A stretch of 64,000 bases of DNA from an uncultured Polyangiaceae bacterium (GCA_964415255.1 CAYQAC010000009.1:214-64213), one strand, 5' to 3'. Positions 24,056 through 34,018 are shown, counted from the first letter of the stretch. Numbers and translations are program-made. Notes: generated by a model not told the origin, from the letters alone.

Positions 24056-25680
24056 AGCGGCATCGCGTAGCGGGGCGCGTCACGGAGCAGCCGCCACACC
24101 ACCCGCCAGGAGCCGTCCGACACAGGATCTGGATCGTCCTCACGAAACCTGTCTTCTGGCGGGGCGCTGGGCGCCCACACGGTGCTCGGTACGGTGGGGA
24201 GGAAGGCCCAGGTGTCGATCATGCCATCCAGGTGCGTCTTGAGCGCGTGGCGGGTCAGATCCCTCAGCGTGACCACGTTCAGCACCACCGCGTAGATGAT
24301 CGCCATGGGCCAGAAGAACCCGATGCTGAACACGACGGAGGCGGCGAGGTAGCCTGAGGCGAGGAGTGCCACCACGAAGCGGCCCTTGAACGGCGAGGCG
24401 AGGTACCCGGCGCCGATGGGCACCCAGACACCACCTGTCAGCACACCCCCGGCGATCGCCGCCACGATCGTGAGCAGCCCCTGCAGGCGCAGATCGCCGA
24501 GGCGCGCCGCAGGCAGGTAGCGCGCGCGCTGGGTCGGCTTCGGTAGCCTCGCGGAGGAGCTACCAGGGCGTAAGCGCATGAGCTTCGCTGCCGCGGCGGC
24601 CAGCCTGATGCGGTGACTGGTGGCGGCGGGGGTGCCCGGGAACAGGTAGATCGTGCGCTCGGCGCCGACCCGGGCGGCGAGGGTGATCGCGCGGTAGGTC
24701 AGCGTCTCCGCGAGGCCGAGGCGCGCGAGCTCATCTGGGGCTAGGTGATAGCGCCGCACGCCGAACAGCCGCTTCGAGATGAAGGTGACGCCCACCGGGT
24801 CAATAATCAGGAACCCTGACAGACACAGCCCGACGCCCGGCGCGCGGTAGGCGTAGGCCGGCATCCGGAGGCTCAGATCGCGCTCCGGCAGCGCGCGCTT
24901 CAGCCAGCGCGGCGGGGCCGCCTCTACCTTCGTCTCTGAGCCCGTGTATTTTTTCCACAGGGAGACGAATATACGCAGCTGGATCAAGCTGAGCTGCGCC
25001 AAGATCGGCGCGGTGAGCATCCCCAGCGCTAGGTAGGCCACCCCGAGCGCTGCCATCAGCACGCTGTCCCCCAGCACCAAGCCGCCCAGGGTGGCGCCCC
25101 AGGCGAACAGGTCATCGACGAAGGAGTGCGCGACGCGCACCCCAGGGACCGGCACCAGGGTGAGCAGGAGCCGCGTGCCTGTCTTGCCAAAGGTGGCGAT
25201 CAGCCCGGCGACCGTCCCGAGCACGATGAACAGCCCGAGCCACATGGCTGGGGTCAGCTGGGGCAGCTCCCCCGCGTCATCTGTTCCTACATTGAAACCA
25301 AACCCGGTGGCCAGCGCGGTCGCACCGGTGGCCTCGCTGGTGAGGCCCTGCGTCGCGCCCACGCCGATCAGCGCGCTCACCGCCACCGCGGCGAAGGGGC
25401 GCCAGGCGGTGGAGACTGGCGTGAGCCAAGCCTCAATCCACCCTATTTTATCAGCCAGGGAGTCGGCGATGGACAGCACCAGGAACACCACGCCCAGGGT
25501 GAGCAGCAGCGAAGGGGAGCCCAGGCCGTGCAGGCCGCGGTGGAGCGTCGGCTCCATCAGCCACGGGGGCACCGTGTCCGCTTGGGCCAAGAGCAAGAGG
25601 ACGGCGAGCGGGAGCCACGGGTTCTTCCCGGCGGCTGCGCTCGCTGAGAGGGCGGTGACCAGTGAAGAGACGGGCGGCAC
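24004..25680 (-). CDS. multi-pass membrane protein with N-terminal DUF4126-like domain
   Basis: SIADSLADKIGWIEAWLTPVSTAWRPFAAV resembles the DUF4126 core. More than 8 predicted TM segments and a central soluble insert. Confidence 0.6.
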   Translation of the reverse strand: MPPVSSLVTALSASAAAGKNPWLPLAVLLLLAQADTVPPWLMEPTLHRGLHGLGSPSLLLTLGVVFLVLSIADSLADKIGWIEAWLTPVSTAWRPFAAVAVSALIGVGATQGLTSEATGATALATGFGFNVGTDDAGELPQLTPAMWLGLFIVLGTVAGLIATFGKTGTRLLLTLVPVPGVRVAHSFVDDLFAWGATLGGLVLGDSVLMAALGVAYLALGMLTAPILAQLSLIQLRIFVSLWKKYTGSETKVEAAPPRWLKRALPERDLSLRMPAYAYRAPGVGLCLSGFLIIDPVGVTFISKRLFGVRRYHLAPDELARLGLAETLTYRAITLAARVGAERTIYLFPGTPAATSHRIRLAAAAAKLMRLRPGSSSARLPKPTQRARYLPAARLGDLRLQGLLTIVAAIAGGVLTGGVWVPIGAGYLASPFKGRFVVALLASGYLAASVVFSIGFFWPMAIIYAVVLNVVTLRDLTRHALKTHLDGMIDTWAFLPTVPSTVWAPSAPPEDRFREDDPDPVSDGSWRVVWRLLRDAPRYAMPLVTPHGVRNANKVGAPS

Positions 25681-25830
25681 TCCTTAGAGCGTGCCACAGT
25701 GACGCGAGGGCGGATACACCGCCAGCTAGCTCAGTCCTTGGCCGAGCGTCTCAGGCTGCTCACCGGGGTCACACAGCCCCAACGGCCTGCCGTGCAGAGC
25801 AGGCGAAGACTGCAGCGCCGCTTGGCGGCT

Positions 25831-25855
25831 CGCGGTGGGACCAACCCCCAAAACC
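25831..25855 (-). repeat. REP-C copy, reverse
   Basis: CGCGGTGGGACCAACCCCCAAAACC, in the divergent gap. Confidence 0.75.
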
Positions 25856-26006
25856 CCCTCGCGCTGCGGCTGATGTGGCGCCGGCGCGTGCACGGCGCGC
25901 GTCTGGGGTATAACTGAGGGGCCTCGTGGCGGCTTGGCAGGGTGGCGCTTCGGCTTTAGAGAAGGGCGCTGCTTTACTTTAGGCGCTGGGGCGCCGGACG
26001 TTCGAG

Positions 26007-27257
26007 ATGTCGAGAGAGGTCAAAGTTGGGCTGTTCGTCCTCACGGGGATGATCCTGTCTGTGCTCGTCGTGTTTTTGATCGGCGACGAGCGGGGGATGT
26101 TCAAGTCGAGCGACCCTTACACCGCGCGCTTCATCGACGTGCAGGGCTTGAAGCGCGGCTCCCCAGTGCGCATGGGCGGCCTCGACATCGGGACGGTGCT
26201 GGAGGTGGGGTACCCAGAGGACCCAGCGGACGAGCGCGCCTACGTGAAGATCACGCTGCACCGCGAGCAGGGCGCGCGGGTGCGCGAGGACAGCGTCGCG
26301 ACGATTGAGAACCGTGGCCTCTTGGGCGACAAGATGGTGGTCATTTCCGCGGGGGATTTGAAGCGCTCAGCGGTCCCGGCGGGCGGGGAGATCCGCAGCA
26401 AAGATCCTGAAGATTTGGGGGAGCTGCTGAAGAAGGTCACGAGCATCGGCGACAAAGCCGAGGGGGTGATGACCAACCTGGAGCGCACCACCTCCACCTT
26501 GGCGGAGCCGAAATTCCAGGAGGATTTGAAGGCGGGGGTCAGCTCACTGTCGGGCATCCTCGAGAGCGTGGACAAGGGCGAGGGTTACATCGGCAAATTG
26601 CTGAGCGACCCAGCGGAGTCCGCCAAGCTCTCACGCACGCTGAGCAACCTGGAGCGCAGCACGGCCAACTTGGATCGCCTGCTGACCGGGATAAATCAGG
26701 CGGTTCACCGCGTGAATCATGGGCCTGGCTTGGCGCATGAGGTGGTGTACGGCGAGGGCTCGGCGCACACGGTGGCGAAGTTCGGCGACGCGGCGGGCGA
26801 GGTGGCCTTGCTCTTGAAGGGCGTGCGCGAGGGCAATGGCTTCGCGCACAGCCTGCTCTACGGGGGCGATGAGTCGCAGGGGGCGCTCGCGAACCTCGAC
26901 GCCATGAGCGCAGATTTACGGAAAATCGTCGCAGATATGCGCGCTGGCCGCGGCACCCTGGGCGCGCTCTTGGTGGACCCCTCCGTGTATGAGGACGTGA
27001 AGATGCTGCTCGGCAACGTGCAGCGCAACCAATCGCTGCGCGCGCTGGTGCGCTACTCCATCCGTCAAGACGAGGTGAAGCCGTCCGTCACGGATCCTGA
27101 CGGCTCCAAGAGCACCCCCAAGAGCACCCCAGCGGCAGGCTCGAAGGAGGCTGGCCCCGCCGAGCGGCTCCCGCCAGCGCCCCCCAAGGCAGAAGCCCCC
27201 ACACCCAGCGGGCCAGCCGTTCGGCCGCCGCGCGCCGAGCGCCGCTCAATCCCTTGA
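26007..27257 (+). CDS. MlaD/Mce-family protein
   Basis: MSREVKVGLFVLTGMILSVLVVFLIG anchor, VQGLKRGSPVRMGGLDIG Mce domain, long coiled C-terminal region with Pro-rich tail. Confidence 0.85.
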   Translation: MSREVKVGLFVLTGMILSVLVVFLIGDERGMFKSSDPYTARFIDVQGLKRGSPVRMGGLDIGTVLEVGYPEDPADERAYVKITLHREQGARVREDSVATIENRGLLGDKMVVISAGDLKRSAVPAGGEIRSKDPEDLGELLKKVTSIGDKAEGVMTNLERTTSTLAEPKFQEDLKAGVSSLSGILESVDKGEGYIGKLLSDPAESAKLSRTLSNLERSTANLDRLLTGINQAVHRVNHGPGLAHEVVYGEGSAHTVAKFGDAAGEVALLLKGVREGNGFAHSLLYGGDESQGALANLDAMSADLRKIVADMRAGRGTLGALLVDPSVYEDVKMLLGNVQRNQSLRALVRYSIRQDEVKPSVTDPDGSKSTPKSTPAAGSKEAGPAERLPPAPPKAEAPTPSGPAVRPPRAERRSIP

Positions 27258-27389
27258 GTAGCTAGGCTCATCAGGTCGCTCCTGAGGCTCCTTGAGCCGG
27301 CCGGTGCCTTGAGCCGCCAGCCTCATGAGGCCGCGCGCCTTGAGCGCAGCTTTATTCCCAGCGCGCTGAGGCTCCGTCGCTTGGCGGGA

Positions 27390-27420
27390 GTTTTTGGGGG
27401 GGTTGGCTCACGCTGCGCGC
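27390..27420 (+). repeat. REP-C copy, forward
   Basis: GTTTTTGGGGGGGTTGGCTCACGCTGCGCGC. Confidence 0.75.
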
Positions 27421-27545
27421 AGAGCGCGTCGCTCGCAGGGTCCGCTCGGCGGCGCCCGAACCCTGAGCCACACGCGGTGTCAAGCGCGCTCTCATCCCGC
27501 GCGTGTCGCGCTGGCCGGCGCTATCCTCTAGACTTCGCTCGTCCC

Positions 27546-30500
27546 ATGAGAGTCTTTCAGCGCCTCGGCAAGACCCTGCTGGTCCTCAGCATCTTCGCGG
27601 TCTCGTCCTTCTTCGCCCTGCGTTATGGCACCGGTGGCCTGTGGCGCGGCCTGGAGGCGGCGCACGCCGTCACCGCGCCTGGTCAGCCGAAGGTCCCTTA
27701 TGATCTCGCGCAGCTCAGCGCCGTAAACGAGACGCTGAAGATCATCCGCGACAAGTACGTGGAGCCCAAGCGCATCAACCCGCGCCAGATGTTCGTCAGC
27801 GCAATTGACGAAATCCAGAAGGAGGTGGCCCAGGTCATCGTCCTGCACGAGGAGAAGGCGCCCACCGTCAAGGTGCGGGTGGGGACCGACGAGAAAGAAT
27901 TCCGTGTGGATAACATCCAGGGCCCTTGGGACGTCTCTGCGCGGCTGCGCGAGGTGTTCGTGTTCCTTCAGCAACACCTGAAGGACACCGAGGTAGATCT
28001 GCGCGACATCGAGTACGCCGCCTGCAACGGCATGCTGAGCACCTTGGATCCGCACAGCGTGTTCATGAGCCCAGAGGCGTATCGCGACATGAACGTCTCC
28101 ACCTCGGGGCACTTCGGCGGCCTCGGCATCGTGATCAGCATCCGCGATCAGATGCTGACCGTGATGCGCCCGATGCCAGAGACGCCCGCCGGGCGCGCGG
28201 GGCTGCACCGGCTCGATCGCATCACCAAGATCAATAACGAGTCCACCCTCAACATGCCGCTCGATGACGCCGTGTCGCGCCTGCGCGGCAAGCCAGGCAC
28301 CCAGGTCACCATCTGGGTGCACCGCGAGGGGAAAGACGGTTGGACAGGGTCCCGTCCTTTCGTGCTCACGCGCGAGGAGATCCGCATCCGCTCGGTGGAG
28401 GGCCGCCTGCTCTCGCCGGGCATCGGCTACGTGCGACTGCGGCAGTTTCAGAGCAGCACCTCGCGTGAGCTGGGGGAGTCGCTCTCGCAGCTGCGCAGCA
28501 AGGAGCCGCTGCGGGGCTTGGTGCTGGACCTGCGGGGTAACCCAGGCGGCCTGCTCGACCAAGCGGCGAAGGTGGCCGATCAGTTCCTGGAGAGCGGCGT
28601 CATCGTGGCCACGGTGGGCAACGCGGAGGGCCGCGAAGAGAAGCGCGCCACGCCGCGCGGCACGGAGCCCCCTTACCCCATCTTGGTGCTGACGAACCCC
28701 TCCTCAGCGAGCGCCAGCGAGATCGTCGCGGGGGCGCTGAAGAACCACGGGCGCGCGCTGATCGTCGGCCAGCGCACCTTTGGTAAGGGCACCGTACAGT
28801 TGGTGTTCCCCAACGTCACGCGCGACGGCGCGGCGCTGAAGCTCACCATCGCGCAGTACCTGACGCCAGGGGACGTGTCGATTCAGGGCGTGGGGGTGAC
28901 GCCGGATATTGAGCTCGACCCGATGACAGCGGACACGCTGGAGATGGATCTCTTCCGCTCCGAGCTGCCGTTCCGCGAGCGCGATCTGGATAAGAGCCTG
29001 AGCAACGAGGCGCGCCGCGACACCGAGCGGCCAGCGCTCAAGGTGCGCTACAACCTGCCAGAGTCCGAGCGCGCGGAGATGCGGGACCGCGGCGCAGACA
29101 TGGACGATGATTTCCGTGAGGATTTCCCGATCCGGCTGGCCAAGCAGGTGGTGGCGAAGCTGCCGGTGGCCAAGCGGCCCGACCAGCTGAGCGCGGTGCG
29201 CTCCTTGGTCGAGGGGATTGAGCAGAAGGAGCTTGAGTCGGTCACCGCGGATCTCGCGCGCCTGGGGGTGGACTGGAGCGCCCCGCCGGCCGGCGCCAAG
29301 GCCCCGGCGCAGTCCGAGCTCGAGGTCTCCGTGCGCACCGATCAGCCGGACGACACCACGGTCGCCGGCGGCAAGATGAAGCTCGAGGTGCGGGTGAAGA
29401 ACAACGGCACCCTGCCGCTTCACCAGCTCCGCGCCACCACCAAGAGCGACAGCGGCTACTACGACGAGAAGGAGCTGGTGTTCGGCAAGCTGGACGCCGG
29501 CCAAGAGCGCACCGTCTCGGTGCCGCTCGGCTGGTGCGACGTGGAGGGCCGGAAGGCTGGCTCCACGCGCGCGCTGCCACAAGACGCCAAGCGCGTCTGC
29601 ACCCTCCCGAAGGACGCCGTCACGCGCCAAGACGTGGTGAAGGTGCGCTTCGAAGCCGCGGGGGACGTGGCGCCAAAGGAGGCTGAGTTTCGGCCCACGG
29701 TGAAGGCGCTGGAGCGCCCTGTGTTCGCCTACAGCTATCAGGTGGTGGACAACCGCCCCGGTAACGGCGACGGGCAGATCACTAAGGGGGAGGGGGTTAG
29801 CCTGTACCTCACCATCAAGAACGTCGGGCGAGGCCCGTCGCTGGAGACCCAAGCGAACATTCGTAACCTGACGGGGGACGGCATCTTGCTCAGGGCGGGG
29901 CGCTTCGATGTCTCCAACCTGAAGCCAGGGGACGAGCGCGAGGTGGTGTTCACGCTGGACGTGCTGGAGGAGCTGGCGGAGACGTTCGTGAAGGTCGAGC
30001 TCTCCATCATCGATCAAGATCTCCGCGTCGTCGCCAGCGAGAAGCTCACCTTGCCCGTCGCGCAGCAGGGGCTCTCGCTCGGCGCCGCCTCCGGCGTCGT
30101 GAAGGCGAAGGCCGACGGCACCACCGTGCGCGCGCAGCCGGTGGCCTCAGGGCTCGTGGTGGGTGAGCTCGTGACGGGCAAGGTCACCGAGCGCCTCGGC
30201 AGCTTCGGGGCCTTCACCAAGGTGGGGCTGGGCCAGGGGCGCTTCGGCTTCGTGGAGACCACGGCGCTGGAGGACGCGCAGGGCCCGGCGGCTGCCGGCT
30301 CCTTCAAGCCGAACTTCCTGCGCTCCCCGCCGCTGCTTGAGGTCAGCGCGGCGAGCCTGGCCACCCGCGCGGACACGGTGCGCCTGGAAGGTCAGGCTAC
30401 CGACCTAGATCGGGTGCTGGACACCTTCATCTTCGTGGGCTCAGGTAAGGTCTTTTACCAATCGAACAAGAACGCGAGCGACCCACGCAAGATGCGCTTC

Positions 30501-30680
30501 GAGTACGACGTGAAGCTCCAGCCGGGCGTTAACGTGATCACGGTGGTGTCCCGCGAGAACGAGGACACCGCCACTCGGAAGACGCTGGTGGTCCGCCGTG
30601 ACGGGCCTGGCGGTGAGTCGCTGCCCACGCCCAAGCGCCGCCCCTTCGGTGAGGATTGGGACTTCGGCGGCGACGAGTAG
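27546..30680 (+). CDS. S41 family C-terminal processing peptidase with about 600-aa C-terminal extension
   Basis: Start at the ATG giving MRVFQRLGKTLLVLSIFAV (signal anchor). PDZ GGLGIVIS, RGNPGGLLDQA, SASASEIVAGALK, FGKGTVQ. Confidence 0.85.
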   Translation: MRVFQRLGKTLLVLSIFAVSSFFALRYGTGGLWRGLEAAHAVTAPGQPKVPYDLAQLSAVNETLKIIRDKYVEPKRINPRQMFVSAIDEIQKEVAQVIVLHEEKAPTVKVRVGTDEKEFRVDNIQGPWDVSARLREVFVFLQQHLKDTEVDLRDIEYAACNGMLSTLDPHSVFMSPEAYRDMNVSTSGHFGGLGIVISIRDQMLTVMRPMPETPAGRAGLHRLDRITKINNESTLNMPLDDAVSRLRGKPGTQVTIWVHREGKDGWTGSRPFVLTREEIRIRSVEGRLLSPGIGYVRLRQFQSSTSRELGESLSQLRSKEPLRGLVLDLRGNPGGLLDQAAKVADQFLESGVIVATVGNAEGREEKRATPRGTEPPYPILVLTNPSSASASEIVAGALKNHGRALIVGQRTFGKGTVQLVFPNVTRDGAALKLTIAQYLTPGDVSIQGVGVTPDIELDPMTADTLEMDLFRSELPFRERDLDKSLSNEARRDTERPALKVRYNLPESERAEMRDRGADMDDDFREDFPIRLAKQVVAKLPVAKRPDQLSAVRSLVEGIEQKELESVTADLARLGVDWSAPPAGAKAPAQSELEVSVRTDQPDDTTVAGGKMKLEVRVKNNGTLPLHQLRATTKSDSGYYDEKELVFGKLDAGQERTVSVPLGWCDVEGRKAGSTRALPQDAKRVCTLPKDAVTRQDVVKVRFEAAGDVAPKEAEFRPTVKALERPVFAYSYQVVDNRPGNGDGQITKGEGVSLYLTIKNVGRGPSLETQANIRNLTGDGILLRAGRFDVSNLKPGDEREVVFTLDVLEELAETFVKVELSIIDQDLRVVASEKLTLPVAQQGLSLGAASGVVKAKADGTTVRAQPVASGLVVGELVTGKVTERLGSFGAFTKVGLGQGRFGFVETTALEDAQGPAAAGSFKPNFLRSPPLLEVSAASLATRADTVRLEGQATDLDRVLDTFIFVGSGKVFYQSNKNASDPRKMRFEYDVKLQPGVNVITVVSRENEDTATRKTLVVRRDGPGGESLPTPKRRPFGEDWDFGGDE

Positions 30681-30715
30681 CGGCGGCGGCGTGCTAGCCT
30701 CGCGCGGCCTCCGCC

Positions 30716-31438
30716 ATGCGCCTCCACATCAACATCGACCACGTCTGCACGCTGCGTAACGCCCGCGGCGCGCGCTACCCCGACCCCGTCTTCGCGGCTC
30801 AGCAGTGTGAGCTCGCGGGCGCCGACGGCATCACCCTGCACCTCCGGGAAGATCGCCGTCACATCCGGGACGCCGACGCCGAGGCGCTGCGCGCCAGCAT
30901 CACCACGGTGATGAACCTGGAGCTCGCGGCGACAGATGAGATGCTCGCCATGGCGCGTCGCCTGCGCCCCGACGTGATCACCTTGGTGCCGGAGCGCCGC
31001 GAGGAGCGCACCACGGAGGGAGGCCTCGACGTGGTGAAGACCGAGGCCGCCATCCTCCCCTTCGTGGAGCTGGGGCGCGAGCTGTCCATGTCAGTGAGCC
31101 TGTTCATCGCGCCGGAGCTCGCGCAGATTGAGGCCGCGGCGCGGCTCGGGGTGGCGCAGGTGGAGCTGCACACGGGGGAATACTGTGAGCGCCGCGGCGC
31201 CGCTCAGGCAGAAGAGCTAGCGCGCCTGCGGCGCGGCGCTGAAGCGGCGCATGCGCGTGGGCTGCAGGTGGCGGCGGGGCATGGCCTCACGCGGCACAAC
31301 GTCGGGCCGGTGGCCGCCATCTCAGAGGTAGAGGAGCTGAACATCGGCCACTCGGTGATCGCGGACGCGCTCTTCATGGGGCTCGGCCCCGCGGTGCACG
31401 CGCTGCGCGAGGCCATCGCGCGAGGTCGGGCGGGGTGA
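30716..31438 (+). CDS. pdxJ: pyridoxine 5'-phosphate synthase
   Basis: INIDHVCTLRNARG, YPDP, ITLHLREDRRHI, ELHTG, LNIGHSVIA. Confidence 0.95.
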   Translation: MRLHINIDHVCTLRNARGARYPDPVFAAQQCELAGADGITLHLREDRRHIRDADAEALRASITTVMNLELAATDEMLAMARRLRPDVITLVPERREERTTEGGLDVVKTEAAILPFVELGRELSMSVSLFIAPELAQIEAAARLGVAQVELHTGEYCERRGAAQAEELARLRRGAEAAHARGLQVAAGHGLTRHNVGPVAAISEVEELNIGHSVIADALFMGLGPAVHALREAIARGRAG

Positions 31439-31809
31439 TCGCTGGGCTGGGCCTCGACGTGTGCGCGACGCCGCGCATGGAGCGCGCCTTGGCGCGCTTC
31501 GGGTCGCGGTTTTGGGAGCGCATCTTGACGCCCCGTGAGCGCGCTGAGCTCGCCTCGCGCGAGGGCTGCGCGGTGACGCTCGCGGGGCGCTTCGCCGCCA
31601 AGGAGGCGGCGAGCAAGGCGCTCGGCGCACCCAAGGACGTGTGGTGGCACGACGTGGAGGTGCTGCGCGGCGCGGGCGGCGCGCCCACGCTGCACTTCTC
31701 GGGGCCCGCGCTGCCTCACCTCGCTGCGCGCGGGGTGCGGCGCAGCCTGCTCTCCATCAGCCACGACGCGGGCGTCGCCGCCGCGGTGGTGGTGCTGGAG
31801 TCCGAATGA
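31435..31809 (+). CDS. acpS: holo-[acyl-carrier-protein] synthase
   Basis: 4-nt overlap with pdxJ. GLDVC..RF, FAAKEAASKALG, SISHDAG. Confidence 0.9.
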   Translation: MIAGLGLDVCATPRMERALARFGSRFWERILTPRERAELASREGCAVTLAGRFAAKEAASKALGAPKDVWWHDVEVLRGAGGAPTLHFSGPALPHLAARGVRRSLLSISHDAGVAAAVVVLESE

Positions 31810-33329
31810 TCCCAGTGCTCACGGCGGACGAAGCGCGCGGCTTCGATCAGCGCGTGATCGAGGCCGGGGTGCCCTCCGTGGTGCTGATGGAGAACGCAGG
31901 GCGCGGCGCGGCGGACCTCATCAGCGCGGCGCTCACCCCCGCGGCGCCCGTCTTGGTGCTGTGCGGCGGCGGCAACAACGGCGGGGATGGCTACGTGGTG
32001 GCGCGCCGGCTGCTCACCCTGGGGCATCAGCCGCGCGTGCTCTCCAGCGTGAGCACGGACAGCCTCACGGGCGACGCGCGCGTGAATTACCTCGCATTTT
32101 GCGCCATCGGTGGTGAGGTGTCCGAACTGTCGCTCGACCTCACGCCGGTGAAGAGCGCGCTCAGCGCCTCGAGCGCGGTGGTGGACGCGCTGTTCGGGAC
32201 TGGCCTCTGCCGTGAGCTGCCGGCGCTGGTGAAGGAGCTCGTCAGCCTGTGCAATCAAGCGGCGCTTCAGCGCTTCGCGCTGGATGTCCCGAGCGGGCTG
32301 TGCGCCACCACGGGGCGCGCGTTTGGCCCGGTGTTCCAGGCTGATCTTGTGATCACCTTTGGTCACCTCAAGCGCGGCCTGCTGACGCCACGGGGGAAGC
32401 GCGCGGCTCGTGAGGTGCGCTGTCTAGATATCGGGGTGCCTCAGGGCGCCTTCACGGCGCCCGCTGAGGCCGCGCTGGTGGAGCCAGCGGACGCGCGGCG
32501 CTGGCTCCCAGCGCGCGGCGCGGCGCTCCACAAAGGCAGCGCCGGGCGGCTCTCGGTGATCGGCGGCAGCGCGGGCAAGTCGGGCGCGGCGCTCCTCACG
32601 GCGCGCGGGGCGCTGCGCGCGGGCGCTGGGCTCGTCACCTTATGCAACCACGCGGAGGCGCTGGCCCTCTTGGAGGGGCGCTTGGTGGAGGCGATGACGC
32701 GCCCGCTGGATCCGGTGCGCGCTGAGGACTCCCTGTTCGAGGCGCTCGTAGGTCAAGACGCGGTGGTGGTGGGGCCCGGCCTCGGCTTAGATTCCCGCGC
32801 GCAAAAATTGGTGGCGGCGGCGCTGAAGTGGCCGGGGCCCAAGCTGTTCGACGCGGACGCGCTCACCGCCTTCGCGGGGCGACCCGAGGAGCTGGCGGCG
32901 CACACCGGTGAGCTGGTGCTCACGCCGCACCCGCTTGAGCTTGGGCGGCTGCTCTCGCTCAGCGTGGAGGAGGTGGAGGCAGATCGCTACGCCGCGGTGA
33001 AGCAAGCCGCGGAGCGCTGCCGCGCCACGGTGCTGCTCAAGGGGCCGTTCACCTTGGTGCACACGACGGAGGGCGATCCGCCGTGCCGCATCAACCCCAC
33101 GGGGGGCCCCGTGCTCGCCACCGGCGGCGCGGGGGACGTGCTGAGCGGCGTCATCGGCGCGCTGCTCGCGCAGCGACTCCCCCCGCAAGGCGCGGCCGCC
33201 CTGGGCGCCTACCTGCATGGCCTGGCCGGTGAGCTGTGGGCCCAGGCGCACGGCACGGGGGCTGGCCTGCTCGCCTCCGAGCTGGCCGATCAGCTCCCCC
33301 GCGCGCGCGCCGCGCTAGAGTGTGGGTGA
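31806..33329 (+). CDS. nnr: bifunctional NAD(P)H-hydrate epimerase/dehydratase
   Basis: ATGA overlap with acpS. YjeF-N (GGGNNGGDGYVVAR) and carbohydrate-kinase-type C domain (HKGSAGRLSVIGGS, GGAGDVLSGVIGALLAQ). Confidence 0.9.
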   Translation: MIPVLTADEARGFDQRVIEAGVPSVVLMENAGRGAADLISAALTPAAPVLVLCGGGNNGGDGYVVARRLLTLGHQPRVLSSVSTDSLTGDARVNYLAFCAIGGEVSELSLDLTPVKSALSASSAVVDALFGTGLCRELPALVKELVSLCNQAALQRFALDVPSGLCATTGRAFGPVFQADLVITFGHLKRGLLTPRGKRAAREVRCLDIGVPQGAFTAPAEAALVEPADARRWLPARGAALHKGSAGRLSVIGGSAGKSGAALLTARGALRAGAGLVTLCNHAEALALLEGRLVEAMTRPLDPVRAEDSLFEALVGQDAVVVGPGLGLDSRAQKLVAAALKWPGPKLFDADALTAFAGRPEELAAHTGELVLTPHPLELGRLLSLSVEEVEADRYAAVKQAAERCRATVLLKGPFTLVHTTEGDPPCRINPTGGPVLATGGAGDVLSGVIGALLAQRLPPQGAAALGAYLHGLAGELWAQAHGTGAGLLASELADQLPRARAALECG

Positions 33330-33453
33330 AGGGACACGGCGCTGAGCAGGGAGACACGCGGCTCCCCCAGGAGGCGCTCACAGCACGCCCCCGCTACGCC
33401 AAATTATCCAATAAAATCAGCTAGTTGCCCGCATGCCACGCAGCGCGCCCGGG

Positions 33454-33468
33454 TGGCACATGGCTTGT
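33454..33468 (+). promoter_or_regulatory. possible sigma-54 (-24/-12) element upstream of or overlapping the ECF sigma start
   Basis: TGGCAC-ATGGC-TTGT matches TGGCAC-N5-TTGC except for the C of the -12 GC. The predicted TSS falls near the second in-frame ATG (33482). Confidence 0.25.
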
Positions 33469-33469
33469 A

Positions 33470-34018
33470 ATGGCGGAGGGCATGCCTACGAACGCCGCCC
33501 ACCAGGTCTTCAAGTCCCAGCTCGTCGAGCTCGCCCCAGCCCTCCGGCCGCGGGCGCTCCGCCTCACACGGGACGCCGTCGAGGCGCAGGATCTGATCCA
33601 GGAGACGCTGCTGCGCGCGCTGCGCTTCGAGGCCAGCTACGCGCCGGGCACCCACCTCAAGGCGTGGCTCCACCAGGTGATGTTCAGCGTCTTCGTCACC
33701 CGCTGCCGCCGCCTCAAGCGCGAGCGCCGCGCTCTGGACTCGCTGCGCACCGATCCTTGCGCCTGGACCTACAAGTCAGCTGAGCTGCCGATGGCGCCGC
33801 TCACCCGCTCGCTGCTCGGCGCGCTAGATGAGCTCCCCAAGCAGTTCGCGGAGGCGGTGCGCCTGGTGGATCTTGAGGACCGTAGCTACAAGGAGGCCGC
33901 TCTGCTCGCACAGGTCCCGGTGGGCACGGTGATGAGCCGGCTGTTCCGCGGCCGCCGCCTGCTGGCGAGTGCTATTTCCCGTGAGGAAAATAGTGAGCCA
34001 GCCACGCTGGCCGCTTGA
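33470..34018 (+). CDS. ECF-type RNA polymerase sigma-70 factor
   Basis: Region 2 AQDLIQETLLRALRF, region 4 VPVGTVMSRLFRGRRLL. Start either ATG 33470 or ATG 33482. No adjacent anti-sigma gene. Confidence 0.85.
   Translation: MAEGMPTNAAHQVFKSQLVELAPALRPRALRLTRDAVEAQDLIQETLLRALRFEASYAPGTHLKAWLHQVMFSVFVTRCRRLKRERRALDSLRTDPCAWTYKSAELPMAPLTRSLLGALDELPKQFAEAVRLVDLEDRSYKEAALLAQVPVGTVMSRLFRGRRLLASAISREENSEPATLAA

Noticed and set aside
25940-25960. TGGCAGGGTGGCGCTT upstream of the MlaD-like gene as a sigma-54 promoter
   Set aside because: -24/-12 spacing is one nt short and the -12 TTGC is missing.
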